Shown here piece by piece: positions 54,872 through 64,000 of a DNA stretch of 64,000 nt. The notes beneath the pieces are model-generated. The model ran no database searches. It was given only the letters and a program-made list of their open reading frames with translations, and was not told the origin of the DNA. Every line of letters begins with the position of its first letter. Position 1 is the stretch's first letter. This DNA is from an uncultured Gammaproteobacteria bacterium. Lineage in GTDB: Bacteria > Patescibacteriota > Patescibacteriia > UBA9934 > GWF2-40-263. A program made the translations under genes and the position numbers. The stretch lies in the NCBI GenBank assembly GCA_964399675.1, contig CAYNRK010000006.1, forward strand, positions 1,886 through 65,885, written 5' to 3'.

Positions 54872-56401
54872 CTAAAAATTATCATTTAAACTAAGCACTG
54901 ATGCTTTTGCATCATCAACCACATAATCATCTGCAGATTCAATTGACTCACCAAAACTATAGTTTCCATAAAACGCGTCCGGAATGTCATCGATTTGTTT
55001 GTTCCAATCTGTGCCATATAAATCTATTGCAATTTCTTCTGAAGCAATTGCACGAAGCTGCCCGCCCTTTGAAACCGTATACACAGTTGGCACACTTAAA
55101 AACTTAACCATTTTTGTACCTGGATGATAAGTAACATTCTTTCCAAGTGTAAGTGAAGCCATAAAATCTGTTGAAACTTCTACAACTGAATCAAAATTCT
55201 CATACCAAGTGAAGTAAATTTTTTCATTTGGAAACGCATGACGCTTTCCATCACTTGAGTAAAAGTAAACTGCCCGACACGGATCGGTTTCATCGCTTGC
55301 AACAGAACAATATGTTTTTATAAGTTGCCCTGGAAGTGCTTCTGGAATTTCTGTTTCAGTCTCGGTCTCTATTTCCTCTTCTGGATCAGGAATCACTTCT
55401 ATCACTTCTGGCACATATTTATATACAAGTGATGTTACATCATAATCAGAACCCGCTGCCCAAATCTGGCCGTCTGCATCATGAAACACATCGTAAAAAA
55501 TATAGTTGGTGTCGGAATAAGTATCAACATCCCAAGTCACACCACCATCCAATGAAACAACCAGAATTTTTTCACCGGCTATTGCGATGTTTTGACCAAA
55601 CGACTCAACAGCCAATAAATTTTCATTTCCAATTCCTGAAATTGAAATTGACGACCATGTCAATCCCCGGTCTGAAGTCTTTAGTACAGAACCCTGGCTT
55701 CCAACTGAAAATCCAACTGAATCGTCAAGAAAAGAAATGCTGTTCAAATTCTCATACGTTCCACTTATAATTTCAGCCCAACTCATAGAGTTCGATGTAA
55801 AAAATATTTTTCCATCATCTCCAACAACCCAACCATCTCCGTTGTCTTTTACAAAGACATCATTAAGATCCACAGAACTGCTGGTAGAAGTTAAAGACCA
55901 CGTCTTACTTGTTTCAACATAATAGTAAACTGTTCCGTCTGCTCCAACAAAGAAACCCACTGTGCCATTTACGTCAATTGCGTTTATGTCTTGGGTTGTT
56001 AAAAGCGATATGTTCTGCCATGTCAAACCATTATCAACTGAGCTTAATGCAGAACCATCCTCACCAACGGCAAGAATCTTTCCGTCTGGCAATAATCCAA
56101 AATCAAAATAAAATTTCGTTGATTCACTTACTCCTTCGTTCCAATTCTGACCATCTTCTGAATAAATTGTTTTTCCAGAATTACCGGTTCCTAAATAATT
56201 TGAACCGCTTTGAAAAAACGCTCGCATGCTTTGAATGTCGCCTTCTGATTGAGACACCCAGTCGCCGGCGGCGTGAGCTGAAAGCGAACCGAGAAACAAA
56301 AGAACAAAAGAACAAAAGAAAAATAATATAGGGTAGCCCCAGGCTTTAGCCTGGGTGTGATTGTTTTGCATATTAATAAAAGTATAACACATTTCCTTCA
56401 T
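54872..56401 (-). CDS. Secreted BNR/Asp-box beta-propeller protein with a C-terminal about 150-aa domain shared with the neighbouring giant protein
   Basis: The Asp-boxes are SVDNGLTWQ, SDRGLTWS and SLDGGVTWD. Its C-terminal YFYSSDGKRHAFPNEKIYFTWYENF... matches the N-terminus of 56608-60405. Confidence 0.55.
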   Translation of the reverse strand: MKEMCYTFINMQNNHTQAKAWGYPILFFFCSFVLLFLGSLSAHAAGDWVSQSEGDIQSMRAFFQSGSNYLGTGNSGKTIYSEDGQNWNEGVSESTKFYFDFGLLPDGKILAVGEDGSALSSVDNGLTWQNISLLTTQDINAIDVNGTVGFFVGADGTVYYYVETSKTWSLTSTSSSVDLNDVFVKDNGDGWVVGDDGKIFFTSNSMSWAEIISGTYENLNSISFLDDSVGFSVGSQGSVLKTSDRGLTWSSISISGIGNENLLAVESFGQNIAIAGEKILVVSLDGGVTWDVDTYSDTNYIFYDVFHDADGQIWAAGSDYDVTSLVYKYVPEVIEVIPDPEEEIETETETEIPEALPGQLIKTYCSVASDETDPCRAVYFYSSDGKRHAFPNEKIYFTWYENFDSVVEVSTDFMASLTLGKNVTYHPGTKMVKFLSVPTVYTVSKGGQLRAIASEEIAIDLYGTDWNKQIDDIPDAFYGNYSFGESIESADDYVVDDAKASVLSLNDNF

Positions 56402-56440
56402 TGCTAACCCCCTCTAACTCCCCCTTGAAAAGGGGGAGAA

Positions 56441-56474
56441 TTTTCAAACCAAAATCCGCATCATAGATGCGGAT
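56441..56474 (-). terminator. Intrinsic terminator of the giant surface-protein gene
   Basis: The perfect stem ATCCGCATC-tat-GATGCGGAT is followed by TTTTGGTTTG on the minus strand. Confidence 0.55.
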
Positions 56475-56607
56475 AATGGCTCCTTAAGATCCCAGTTTCG
56501 GTAAGCCTAGGATCGCGGCATCAGCGTTGATCCGAATCGCTTGTGAAACGTGTGGACGGTTAAAGATTTGAGATGTTCCTGGGCGAACCAGTACTAATCA
56601 TGATCGA

Positions 56608-59600
56608 CTATTTAGTCCAGGTTTCAGCACCAAGAGGAAGGTTCTTAACTTTGTAGCTTGAGAACCAGTCACCTCCATCGGTGTCACCTGAGTAGTCTGC
56701 CATATTATCTTGGTGGGTCGAACTTGAGAAGTCAGACCAGATAATATTCTTGAGCACTGCGTCTGCATCAGCTGTTTCTGAACAGTCGTTTGAAGACTCA
56801 GCGAGCAACTGATCAATAGTTGCCACTTCTGTGTCATCGTTCAAACAAACAAGTGTTGTAAGATTTGTGTTACTTGTATCACCTGTCAGATACATTGAGA
56901 AGTAGTCTGTGTTGTTTGAAGATGATGCGTCAGTTACGTTGAATCCTTGTGGTGTTCCACGGACAACATAAGTAACAGTCTCACCAGCACTGATAACCTC
57001 TTCAGTGGCCCATGAGATAAATAGGTCTTCGTCACCCTCAAGCAATCCGCTTGTAGACTCGACCGTATTTGCATCCTCTTCTTGCAACAGAACGCTATCT
57101 GTAATATCAGATCCATTCTTATACAACTTCATGGATTCGACCTCAAGTGTGTCTCCAGCACCACCACCATCAGTCCAACTAACTGTAAAGTTCACTTGCT
57201 TAAGAGCAATAGAACCTTGTGAGTCGGCTGTTACGGTGAACTTGTAAAGATCAGTTGCCTGGCCGTTTACAAGAGTGCTGTTTGTTAGATCAACATGTGA
57301 GAATGTTGGAAGACTCTTCCATACACGAATCTCATTACCATCACGGTCTGTTGCAGCAGCTGATTGCTGTACACCCTGACCGTTGGCGTAGGTTACTGAG
57401 TCAAGTGTAAGTGCTGAGTTTGCAGCAACTGATGCACCACCGGATCCAATGGTTCCAAACAATAGTTTACCGGTTAGAACCTTATAGGAGTTGGTTGGCA
57501 CTTCAATACTTAGACCTGAGATAAGAGCTGCACCGTTTGCAACACTGTCCCCGCTAGTCTGGTTAAAGACTGCTGTTCCAAGCAATTCGTCTCCATCATA
57601 TAGACGTGCCTCTGTTGGCACACCTACAGCACCAGAAGCAACTGAGAGTTGAACTTTGCTGATTGTGAAGGAGTCGTTTGTTGCTGTAAATCGGTACTTA
57701 GCAGCTGTTACTTCTTGTCCACCAGCAGTTGCAAATGCAACTGGTGAAGAACCGTCAAGAGATGTTGCAAAGGTACCAGAACTCATATAAGTGATGGTCT
57801 GACCTTCTTTGTCTGATCCACTTACAGAAGCAGCGGCCTCAGATGTTGTTCCGCTTACATCAAGCTCTGCTTTCAATGTGTCCGCACCGTCAGTTCCGTC
57901 GGCTGCGTCATCTCCTACGTCAGCGTAAGCATCAACGTAGATTGTTTCACCTTTAGCAAGTAGGTAGTTGATTGACCAACTGTTTGCTGTTGTAACAGTC
58001 CCCTTAATTGTTGAGGTTGTCTGATCTCCAGCAGGACCATACTTAATGTAAAGGTTTGTGTAGTCAGCAGTTGCAAGTGCTGCACCTGCGTCATCGTCAG
58101 CATCAAAGTCAACGTTGATTGTGTTGAGGTTGATGTCTTCTGTTGTTCCAGCGTATACAGTCCATGAACCTACCTTGTACTCAACAAGAGGGTCTACAAC
58201 TGTTTGGTTAGCATAAGCTGTGTTCTTAGCAACAGTAAGGGCTCCTTGCTTAATTGTAAGCTGGTTAGCACTTACAGCTGCAGCAGGTCGACTTACGTAA
58301 TCTCCGGTTGTCATTCTATATACGTTGTTTGTAGCTGCGTGTGCAGGAATAGAAGCGGTAATCTTATCCTCTGCATCAGCAGTTGCTGTAATACTATCTG
58401 TTCCGTCGTTGTCGTAAACGTCAGCGCGGACTTCAAGTGTTACTGGTGTTCCTGGGTACACAACAAGGGATGAACCAAATGTGTACTCAGTGTATGCAGT
58501 TGCTTGAGAGTCCTCATTCAGTGTTGATGTGCTTCCGACTTGTGTGCCATCAGCATAAACAGCACCGTTTCGAAGACTTCCAATATCGTCGTCTGCAGCA
58601 TCATTAGTGTCAACAGCAGTGAATGTAAAGCGCAAGCTTTCGATCTTCAAATTCTCACCAAAAGCTTTTACTTCATACTTACCAAGTGTTGCACCGGATG
58701 CGGTGTTTGTTATGTCTCCAGATGGAGATGTTGACATCTTTGTGAACGTCAATGTTCCACTGTTTACTGTTTGTGCACCAGCTGAACGTGCGCTAAATGT
58801 TGTACTGTTAGCCAAAACTAGATCAGCTTGACCATAGTCTTCGTCAACAAATACAGCGTCAGCTGCATCACGCAATGTCATGGTGATTGTACGACCAGAT
58901 CCACCAGTGACGTCTGCTAGTACTTTTACTACATGGTTTCCAGTATTCAATCTAACTGGATCGGCTGATAAATCAAAGGTGACATAGCCATCGCCATTTT
59001 GTTGTGCAACAGCTGAACCTTTCATTACACCAGCAACATACAAACGGAAGTTTCCAACATCAGCTTTAGCAATAGAGCCGATGTTTCGGAATCGAAGTGT
59101 GTGCAATAAAGCTTCGTTTGTTGTCACACTTACTGTGTTCTGCCATACATTCAAGTCAGCTTGTGCATCAACACTTGCCGCTGATGGGGTTGTGCTTGAA
59201 GCAAAAGAAATTGAAGTAAATGTACTTGGAGCAGAAGCAATTGTGTGTGTTGCGCCTGAAATTGGGAATGAACCTGCTGCAGCGTATGAACCGGAGAATC
59301 CGATATCAGATGCTGCTGCGAGTTGTACACCAACTGTTTGGCCAGATGTGCTTGCTGCAATGTTTGATCGAACAGAAACTGTCAAGGTTGATCCTGCTGG
59401 GACTGTAAAGAGTCCTGCTGAATCATTCCAAGTAGCTCTTCCACTTGATAGTGTTGCTGAATCACTTGTTCGGACCCAACCTTCAAACAAATACATGTTA
59501 GAAGTTGTACTATCTGATGAAACACCTGTTCGGTTTACTGCAAAACTTGTTACTACGACGTCAGCACTTGTTGAGTTTGTGAAGTCATAAGAAGCAAGAT

Positions 59601-60405
59601 GTGCAAGACCTTGGCTTTCAAGCAATGTTGAAGCTGATGGTGAGCTTGCTGAGAGACCGACTGAAACGTCTTGTGACTCTGCATAAGTTGTTGTCTCAAC
59701 CATTTGAGCTGCGTCAGTCAAGTTTGACTCCTTAGCTGCAAGGTCGGTTCCTGAAGTAAGTCCTGAAAGGCTAACTCCAGTTCCTGAGAGGACGAATCCG
59801 CTCTGGTATCCGTTTGCTGACATACCAGCGCTTGACACTTTACGTGCTGAACCGTCGGTAATCAGGTAATTGTCGGTTCCATCTGACCAAAGCATTCCTT
59901 CGTATCCGTCAGAAGCGTCAGTCAATGAATCTCCAACCGTGTAGTCTACGAAGAATACATCTGGAACATCATCGATGAACGTGTTCCAACTGTCTCCGGC
60001 AAGGCCGACTGCAGTTGCCTCATCCTCAACCCAATGGATTGATCCGTCTGAGGAAGTTGCATAAACCTTGTCATCACTCGAAATTTTAACCCATCGTGCA
60101 CCAGGTCGGTAAACAATGTTTCCTGCGAGTGTGATGTCTGCGAGCTCTTCGTCTGTAATAGTTACAACGCCACTAAAGTCGCTGTACCATGTGAAGAACG
60201 TCTTTTCGTTTGGAAAAGAATATCGTTGACCATCTGAACCGTAGTAATAAACAGTTGAAAGGGTCTCACCCTTAATCAAGTCGCCGAATGAAGCGGCTGC
60301 AGCTTGTTGTGGGATGAATGCTGTGAGCCCAACAGTCCAAAAGACCATTGCTGCACCAACAGCGAGAACGACTGTATTCTTTGCCAATCGTAATGAATTA
60401 CTCAT
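56608..60405 (-). CDS. Giant secreted Ser/Thr/Ala-rich surface protein (1265 aa; S-layer or adhesin-like with repeated beta-sandwich-like segments)
   Basis: It has a signal peptide/TM (MSNSLRLAKNTVVLAVGAAMVFWTV) and low-complexity T/S/A/G/V-rich repeats. Its N-terminal domain is homologous to the C-terminus of the upstream BNR protein. Confidence 0.6.
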   Translation of the reverse strand: MSNSLRLAKNTVVLAVGAAMVFWTVGLTAFIPQQAAAASFGDLIKGETLSTVYYYGSDGQRYSFPNEKTFFTWYSDFSGVVTITDEELADITLAGNIVYRPGARWVKISSDDKVYATSSDGSIHWVEDEATAVGLAGDSWNTFIDDVPDVFFVDYTVGDSLTDASDGYEGMLWSDGTDNYLITDGSARKVSSAGMSANGYQSGFVLSGTGVSLSGLTSGTDLAAKESNLTDAAQMVETTTYAESQDVSVGLSASSPSASTLLESQGLAHLASYDFTNSTSADVVVTSFAVNRTGVSSDSTTSNMYLFEGWVRTSDSATLSSGRATWNDSAGLFTVPAGSTLTVSVRSNIAASTSGQTVGVQLAAASDIGFSGSYAAAGSFPISGATHTIASAPSTFTSISFASSTTPSAASVDAQADLNVWQNTVSVTTNEALLHTLRFRNIGSIAKADVGNFRLYVAGVMKGSAVAQQNGDGYVTFDLSADPVRLNTGNHVVKVLADVTGGSGRTITMTLRDAADAVFVDEDYGQADLVLANSTTFSARSAGAQTVNSGTLTFTKMSTSPSGDITNTASGATLGKYEVKAFGENLKIESLRFTFTAVDTNDAADDDIGSLRNGAVYADGTQVGSTSTLNEDSQATAYTEYTFGSSLVVYPGTPVTLEVRADVYDNDGTDSITATADAEDKITASIPAHAATNNVYRMTTGDYVSRPAAAVSANQLTIKQGALTVAKNTAYANQTVVDPLVEYKVGSWTVYAGTTEDINLNTINVDFDADDDAGAALATADYTNLYIKYGPAGDQTTSTIKGTVTTANSWSINYLLAKGETIYVDAYADVGDDAADGTDGADTLKAELDVSGTTSEAAASVSGSDKEGQTITYMSSGTFATSLDGSSPVAFATAGGQEVTAAKYRFTATNDSFTISKVQLSVASGAVGVPTEARLYDGDELLGTAVFNQTSGDSVANGAALISGLSIEVPTNSYKVLTGKLLFGTIGSGGASVAANSALTLDSVTYANGQGVQQSAAATDRDGNEIRVWKSLPTFSHVDLTNSTLVNGQATDLYKFTVTADSQGSIALKQVNFTVSWTDGGGAGDTLEVESMKLYKNGSDITDSVLLQEEDANTVESTSGLLEGDEDLFISWATEEVISAGETVTYVVRGTPQGFNVTDASSSNNTDYFSMYLTGDTSNTNLTTLVCLNDDTEVATIDQLLAESSNDCSETADADAVLKNIIWSDFSSSTHQDNMADYSGDTDGGDWFSSYKVKNLPLGAETWTK

Positions 60406-60552
60406 AATTTGTTTTTTCCTTTTTCCCGTATAGGGATTAGTTTCAAATTAGTAGACAGCGACGCAAAACGCCTCGACCTTTTTAGCTAACTACGAATTAA
60501 TAAGGTGACCTCTCCATTACAATTTAATGAAGAAGTGAAGAAAGCATCGTTC

Positions 60553-61413
60553 TTATTGAACGAGACTCATTTCAAGTTCTTTTAACACTTGGAACGCGCG
60601 TCTGTAAGCACTCTCTTTTTGTAATGCTTTTGCAAGCTCAATTTTCTTTGTTTGTTCTGTGCTTAACTTAATCTCATCATAAGCTGCAAGCTGCTTATTA
60701 AATTCCGTTTCAAGCTCCTTTGCTGAATCTTCGTCTTGTGAAACTTCATGTGTTGTAATAATAACTTCTACTGCCTGCTCTTTTGTGTTATCAATAATCT
60801 CCTGAACTTCTGCCACCTCTTCCTCTGTAAGACCGGCTGAAGCCTGAACTGTTGTTTTATAAACCTCGGTTTTGCGACCTACCACTTTTGCAAGTTCAGC
60901 ATTTTCTCCACCCATCTCCTCTTTAATATTAACTACATTTTGTTTAAACTTTGAAACAGCAAGCTGAATGGCTTGAACACGATCTGATCGTGTGGATGCT
61001 GAAAGCGTAACCATTTCTTCAAGACGACGATTAGCAAATTCGATTTGAAGCTCTGTATTTTGTTCTGGTGTAAGAGCGATTGCTAATCTTACACGCTCCA
61101 TACTTAGTTTAACCGGATACAGCCTTTCACCCGGAAGAGCTTGATAGGAAGCGTTGACTGCTGAAAACCAACCAGTGAACAAAAGAACGAACACAGCAAG
61201 ACTTGCTGCCATTGGCTTAAGTGCTGCGTGTGCAAATTGCCAAATATAATATTCGGTATAATCTCTAAATCCGTAAGAAGTCTTTTCGTTGTTTTTTGGA
61301 AAATCAAAATCTCCCGCAAACTTGTTCCACATCTTTGCAGTATCAATACCACCACCAAGTTCTGGTGCATCTTTCATTGACTCTAGTAGTTTTGTAAATT
61401 CATGATCTTTCAT
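60553..61413 (-). CDS. Putative anti-sigma factor (single TM, coiled-coil extracytoplasmic domain)
   Basis: It overlaps the ECF sigma gene by 14 nt (ATGA coupling) and has a TM at about aa 60-80. Confidence 0.45.
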   Translation of the reverse strand: MKDHEFTKLLESMKDAPELGGGIDTAKMWNKFAGDFDFPKNNEKTSYGFRDYTEYYIWQFAHAALKPMAASLAVFVLLFTGWFSAVNASYQALPGERLYPVKLSMERVRLAIALTPEQNTELQIEFANRRLEEMVTLSASTRSDRVQAIQLAVSKFKQNVVNIKEEMGGENAELAKVVGRKTEVYKTTVQASAGLTEEEVAEVQEIIDNTKEQAVEVIITTHEVSQDEDSAKELETEFNKQLAAYDEIKLSTEQTKKIELAKALQKESAYRRAFQVLKELEMSLVQ

Positions 61414-61948
61414 AAAGATCTTTGAGTTTTTTGAATGCTCTGTGCAACATCACTGCTGTTGCATTGTCTGTCTTTCCAATGTGTTGGGCAATATCTTTAA
61501 CGCGATAACCATCTAAATGTCTCATTACAATTACCTCTTGTTCTTCTTCTGGAAGCTTTTTAATGAGTTTGAGCATGAACCCTGCGTCTACCTGATCCAT
61601 TATTCTCTCAGCAGTGACTTTAGACGGAATTGGTAAAGGTTCTCCGGTTTCGTACTCAATTGAAGTTATTTCAACTTTTGAATGTTTTCTGTAGTGCTCA
61701 GCAACAGTGTTTCTGGCGATTGTGTAAAGAAGTCCGGAAAAATGTTTTACCTCTGTGCGAGTGATGTAATTCCATGTCTGAATGAGCACCTCAGAATAAC
61801 AGTCTTCTGCATCGTGTGTTCTACGTAATCTCATCGACAAAAAACGCATGAGTGCGCTGCTATGCTTATCAACCAAGCTGGCAAATGCTGACTTGTCGTT
61901 GAAAGCTCTAATTCTCAGCAATAGAAATTGTTCTCTCTTGTCAGACAC
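61400..61948 (-). CDS. ECF-type RNA polymerase sigma-70 factor
   Basis: It has region 2 (YSEVLIQTWNYI) and region 4 HTH (VKDIAQHIGKTDNATAVMLHRAFKKL). It is 182 aa with a GTG start. Confidence 0.65.
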   Translation of the reverse strand: MSDKREQFLLLRIRAFNDKSAFASLVDKHSSALMRFLSMRLRRTHDAEDCYSEVLIQTWNYITRTEVKHFSGLLYTIARNTVAEHYRKHSKVEITSIEYETGEPLPIPSKVTAERIMDQVDAGFMLKLIKKLPEEEQEVIVMRHLDGYRVKDIAQHIGKTDNATAVMLHRAFKKLKDLYERS

Positions 61949-62148
61949 AGTGTTGAAGTTAATGAAAAAGTATTACAGAACGAAGGAAGAATACGCTAAC
62001 CTAAGATAAAAATCAAGGGCAACACATGACAAACTTGACAAACTACTATTTTTTGGCTACACTAGTGTGGACAAACAACATTATCCACACAGTGTCACCT
62101 GGTGACAGTAACCAGGTTACACCTTTAACACCTCATTACAATACATTT

Positions 62149-62439
62149 ATGAAACCAGTTATTCGACTTTCTGTCTCTGAAGCAGCCAAACTGTTTGGTG
62201 TAAGCCAAAGAACGGTTCGTCGTGCAATCAAAGACCAAGAAATCACGTATGTGGTAGTTCAGGGTCGATACAAAATCAACTTTGAATCACTTCTCCGTTG
62301 GTCACAGCGCACAACAACCATTCGAAACAAAAGAGACAAACATGGGATTGGTCAGTTTGTAAACCAGTGGAACATGAAAAACAAACTATTCTCACCAAAC
62401 CCAAAAAGTATTGATCAAGCCGGGGAGGAAGCAAATTAA
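62149..62439 (+). CDS. Small HTH DNA-binding protein (excisionase/MerR-like helix-turn-helix)
   Basis: The start is ATG at 62149 (MKPVIRLSVSEAAKLFGVSQRTVRRAIKDQEI). The upstream part of the ORF-track ORF contains a TTGACA-17-TACACT promoter-like sequence instead. Confidence 0.5.
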   Translation: MKPVIRLSVSEAAKLFGVSQRTVRRAIKDQEITYVVVQGRYKINFESLLRWSQRTTTIRNKRDKHGIGQFVNQWNMKNKLFSPNPKSIDQAGEEAN

Positions 62440-62444
62440 TTTCT

Positions 62445-64000
62445 ATGAAGCGCTCTCTGATCATTTTTCTGGTCAGCGTCATTCTGTACGGGCTTATTCC
62501 GGGACAAACACTTGCTTTTACAGATGACAAAGAGTTCGTTCGAACAGCGAACTATTTTTTGTTATCTGGAAAACATTTAGAGGGCGAAACGCGCGTTCAA
62601 ACACTTGCTTCATTTGACTTACTTGTAATCCCTGTTGAAGCTCAAATTTATAACAAACCATTTTTTACTCACGCGCGTCAGCTCAATCCAGATATTATCA
62701 TTCTACCTTATATTGCAACTGTGAGTTGGAACGATCTTTATTGGAACGATCCTCTTCACCAAAAACTTTACAAAGGCATAACAAATGACATGTGGCTAAA
62801 AAACGGATCTGGAAAACAAACATCTGTCTGGTCAAATACACGCGCCCTTAATCTAAACACCAAATGGAAAACTCACCTTGCCCACTTTGTAAAAAATAGT
62901 GTTCTGTCCTCTGGGCTTTGGGATGGTGTTTTTTATGATGAGGTTCAAGACTCAATTAGCTGGCTGGGATCGGTTGATGTTAACAAAGATGGTAACAATG
63001 ATTCACGATCTCAAGCAGACTCGCTTTGGGCAAAAAATTATAAGGAACTATTTTCAATTACACGAAGCTTACTTGGTGACAATGAAATTATTGTGATTAA
63101 CGGAAGCTCAAACAAAGAATTTGCTCCGTACTTAAACGGACGCATGTTTGAAACTTTTTCATCTAATAATTCCAAAATGTCTGACTGGAGCGAGCAAGCC
63201 GGCGAGTACCTTGAACTGGAAAAAGACGCTGGATTTGAACCAATCAATATCCTCAACGTAAACACAGGAAATACTGGAAACAAAAATGATTATCAAAAAG
63301 TTCGATTCGGAATCACCACCACTCTTTTGGGAGATGGTTATTTCTCTTTTGATCACGGAACACAAAGCCATGCTCAAACCTGGACCTATGACGAGTTCAC
63401 GGCCCATCTAGGGGCCCCAAAAACCTCTCTACACAACACAGTAAATCCTCAAAATGGAACTCTTGCAGCTTCCCTTCTCTATCGCGACTTTGAGCAAGGC
63501 AAGGTTTTGGTTAACGCCACAAACTCAACACAACAAGTTCTTCTTGACGGTGAGTATGAAAAAATCCACGGCACACAGGATCCGTTTGTAAATGATGGTT
63601 CGATTATCTCAGAAGTTACACTTAGCCCAAAGGATGGGATTATTCTTTTGCGTCCAATTGAAAAAATCACCAACTCTACATTTTTGAATGGTTCATTTGC
63701 ACGAATTTTCTCAAAGGACGGGGATACAAAGCGAACCGGTTTCTTTGCGTATGAAAGCTCTCAGCATGGTGGAACACAAGTAAACATGTTTGATCTTGAT
63801 CTTGATGGTAAACTAGAAATGGTAGTTGCTGGAAAAACATGGGTTGAGATTTATGATGACAACGGCGATTTACACGCACGCTTTGCTCCATATACCGAAA
63901 CCTACGACCAAGGTATAAATATATCTGTTGGTGATATTGAAAGTGATGGGTCTATTGAGATTGTAACTGGAACAGAAAATGGTGGCGGCCCGCAAGTTCG
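62445..64000 (+). CDS. Secreted protein with a putative glycoside-hydrolase-like (TIM-barrel-type) domain and C-terminal FG-GAP repeats (partial at the window end)
   Basis: ATG at 62445 follows GGGGAGGAA. There is a signal peptide (MKRSLIIFLVSVILYG) and the terminal repeats read DLDLDGKLEMVVAG and GDIESDGSIEIVTGTENGGGPQV. It is not in the ORF track because it has no stop inside the window. Confidence 0.5.
   Translation, partial: MKRSLIIFLVSVILYGLIPGQTLAFTDDKEFVRTANYFLLSGKHLEGETRVQTLASFDLLVIPVEAQIYNKPFFTHARQLNPDIIILPYIATVSWNDLYWNDPLHQKLYKGITNDMWLKNGSGKQTSVWSNTRALNLNTKWKTHLAHFVKNSVLSSGLWDGVFYDEVQDSISWLGSVDVNKDGNNDSRSQADSLWAKNYKELFSITRSLLGDNEIIVINGSSNKEFAPYLNGRMFETFSSNNSKMSDWSEQAGEYLELEKDAGFEPINILNVNTGNTGNKNDYQKVRFGITTTLLGDGYFSFDHGTQSHAQTWTYDEFTAHLGAPKTSLHNTVNPQNGTLAASLLYRDFEQGKVLVNATNSTQQVLLDGEYEKIHGTQDPFVNDGSIISEVTLSPKDGIILLRPIEKITNSTFLNGSFARIFSKDGDTKRTGFFAYESSQHGGTQVNMFDLDLDGKLEMVVAGKTWVEIYDDNGDLHARFAPYTETYDQGINISVGDIESDGSIEIVTGTENGGGPQV

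Noticed and set aside
60406-60552. ECF-type promoter (TGAAAC ... CGT) upstream of the giant surface-protein gene
   Set aside because: A TTGAAAC is present, but it is only about 37 nt from the ATG and has no properly spaced -10 CGT element, so this is not supportable without TSS data.
1-64000. tRNA, rRNA, tmRNA, RNase P and SRP RNA genes
   Set aside because: I found no cloverleaf-compatible segments with T-loop GTTCRANYC motifs. I found no conserved RNase P (P4), tmRNA (tag plus CCA end) or SRP domain IV motifs in the GC-elevated intergenic regions by eye. A covariance-model scan would be needed to exclude them fully.

Overview
This is an AT-rich bacterial chromosomal segment (roughly 35-40% GC by eye). 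It is gene-dense, mostly minus-strand, and has the look of a small, streamlined genome. Recognisable genes are murF and ftsI (cell division), a class II B12-type ribonucleotide reductase (nrdJ) with tandem NrdR-box-like sites, a Nudix-CobO (corrinoid adenosyltransferase) fusion, rpmB (L28), hflX, HU, a riboflavin-kinase domain, an S41 peptidase (CtpA), rmlA/rmlD/rmlB, a HIT-family protein, at least five NUDIX hydrolases, and a large envelope-glycosylation block (GT-C, CDP-alcohol phosphatidyltransferase, GT4 x2, GT2 x2, DUF2304-like, UXS-like epimerase). It ends in a cell-surface locus with two paralogous S8 proteases carrying FG-GAP repeats, a BNR propeller protein, a 1265-aa Ser/Thr-rich giant protein and an ECF sigma/anti-sigma pair. 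I found no rRNA, tRNA or CRISPR. The non-genic content is unusual. There are three interspersed palindromic repeat families: A (about 92 bp, TGTCAT...ATGACA ends), B (about 180-230 bp, a leader-like hairpin element with compensatory stem changes) and C (about 155-bp MITE with 21-bp TIRs). One ISL3-like IS carries a frameshifted transposase. There are tandem, iteron-like arrays, and two paralogous wHTH + Cas2/VapD-like putative regulators each bracketed by its own palindrome. Six compositionally foreign, GC-elevated single-gene cassettes are each built as TTGACA/TTGACG-17-(-10), SD, CDS, intrinsic terminator (moron-like). Two of these cassettes plus one palindrome-bracketed regulator split the rml operon. 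All functional calls come from motifs read by eye; I ran no database search.
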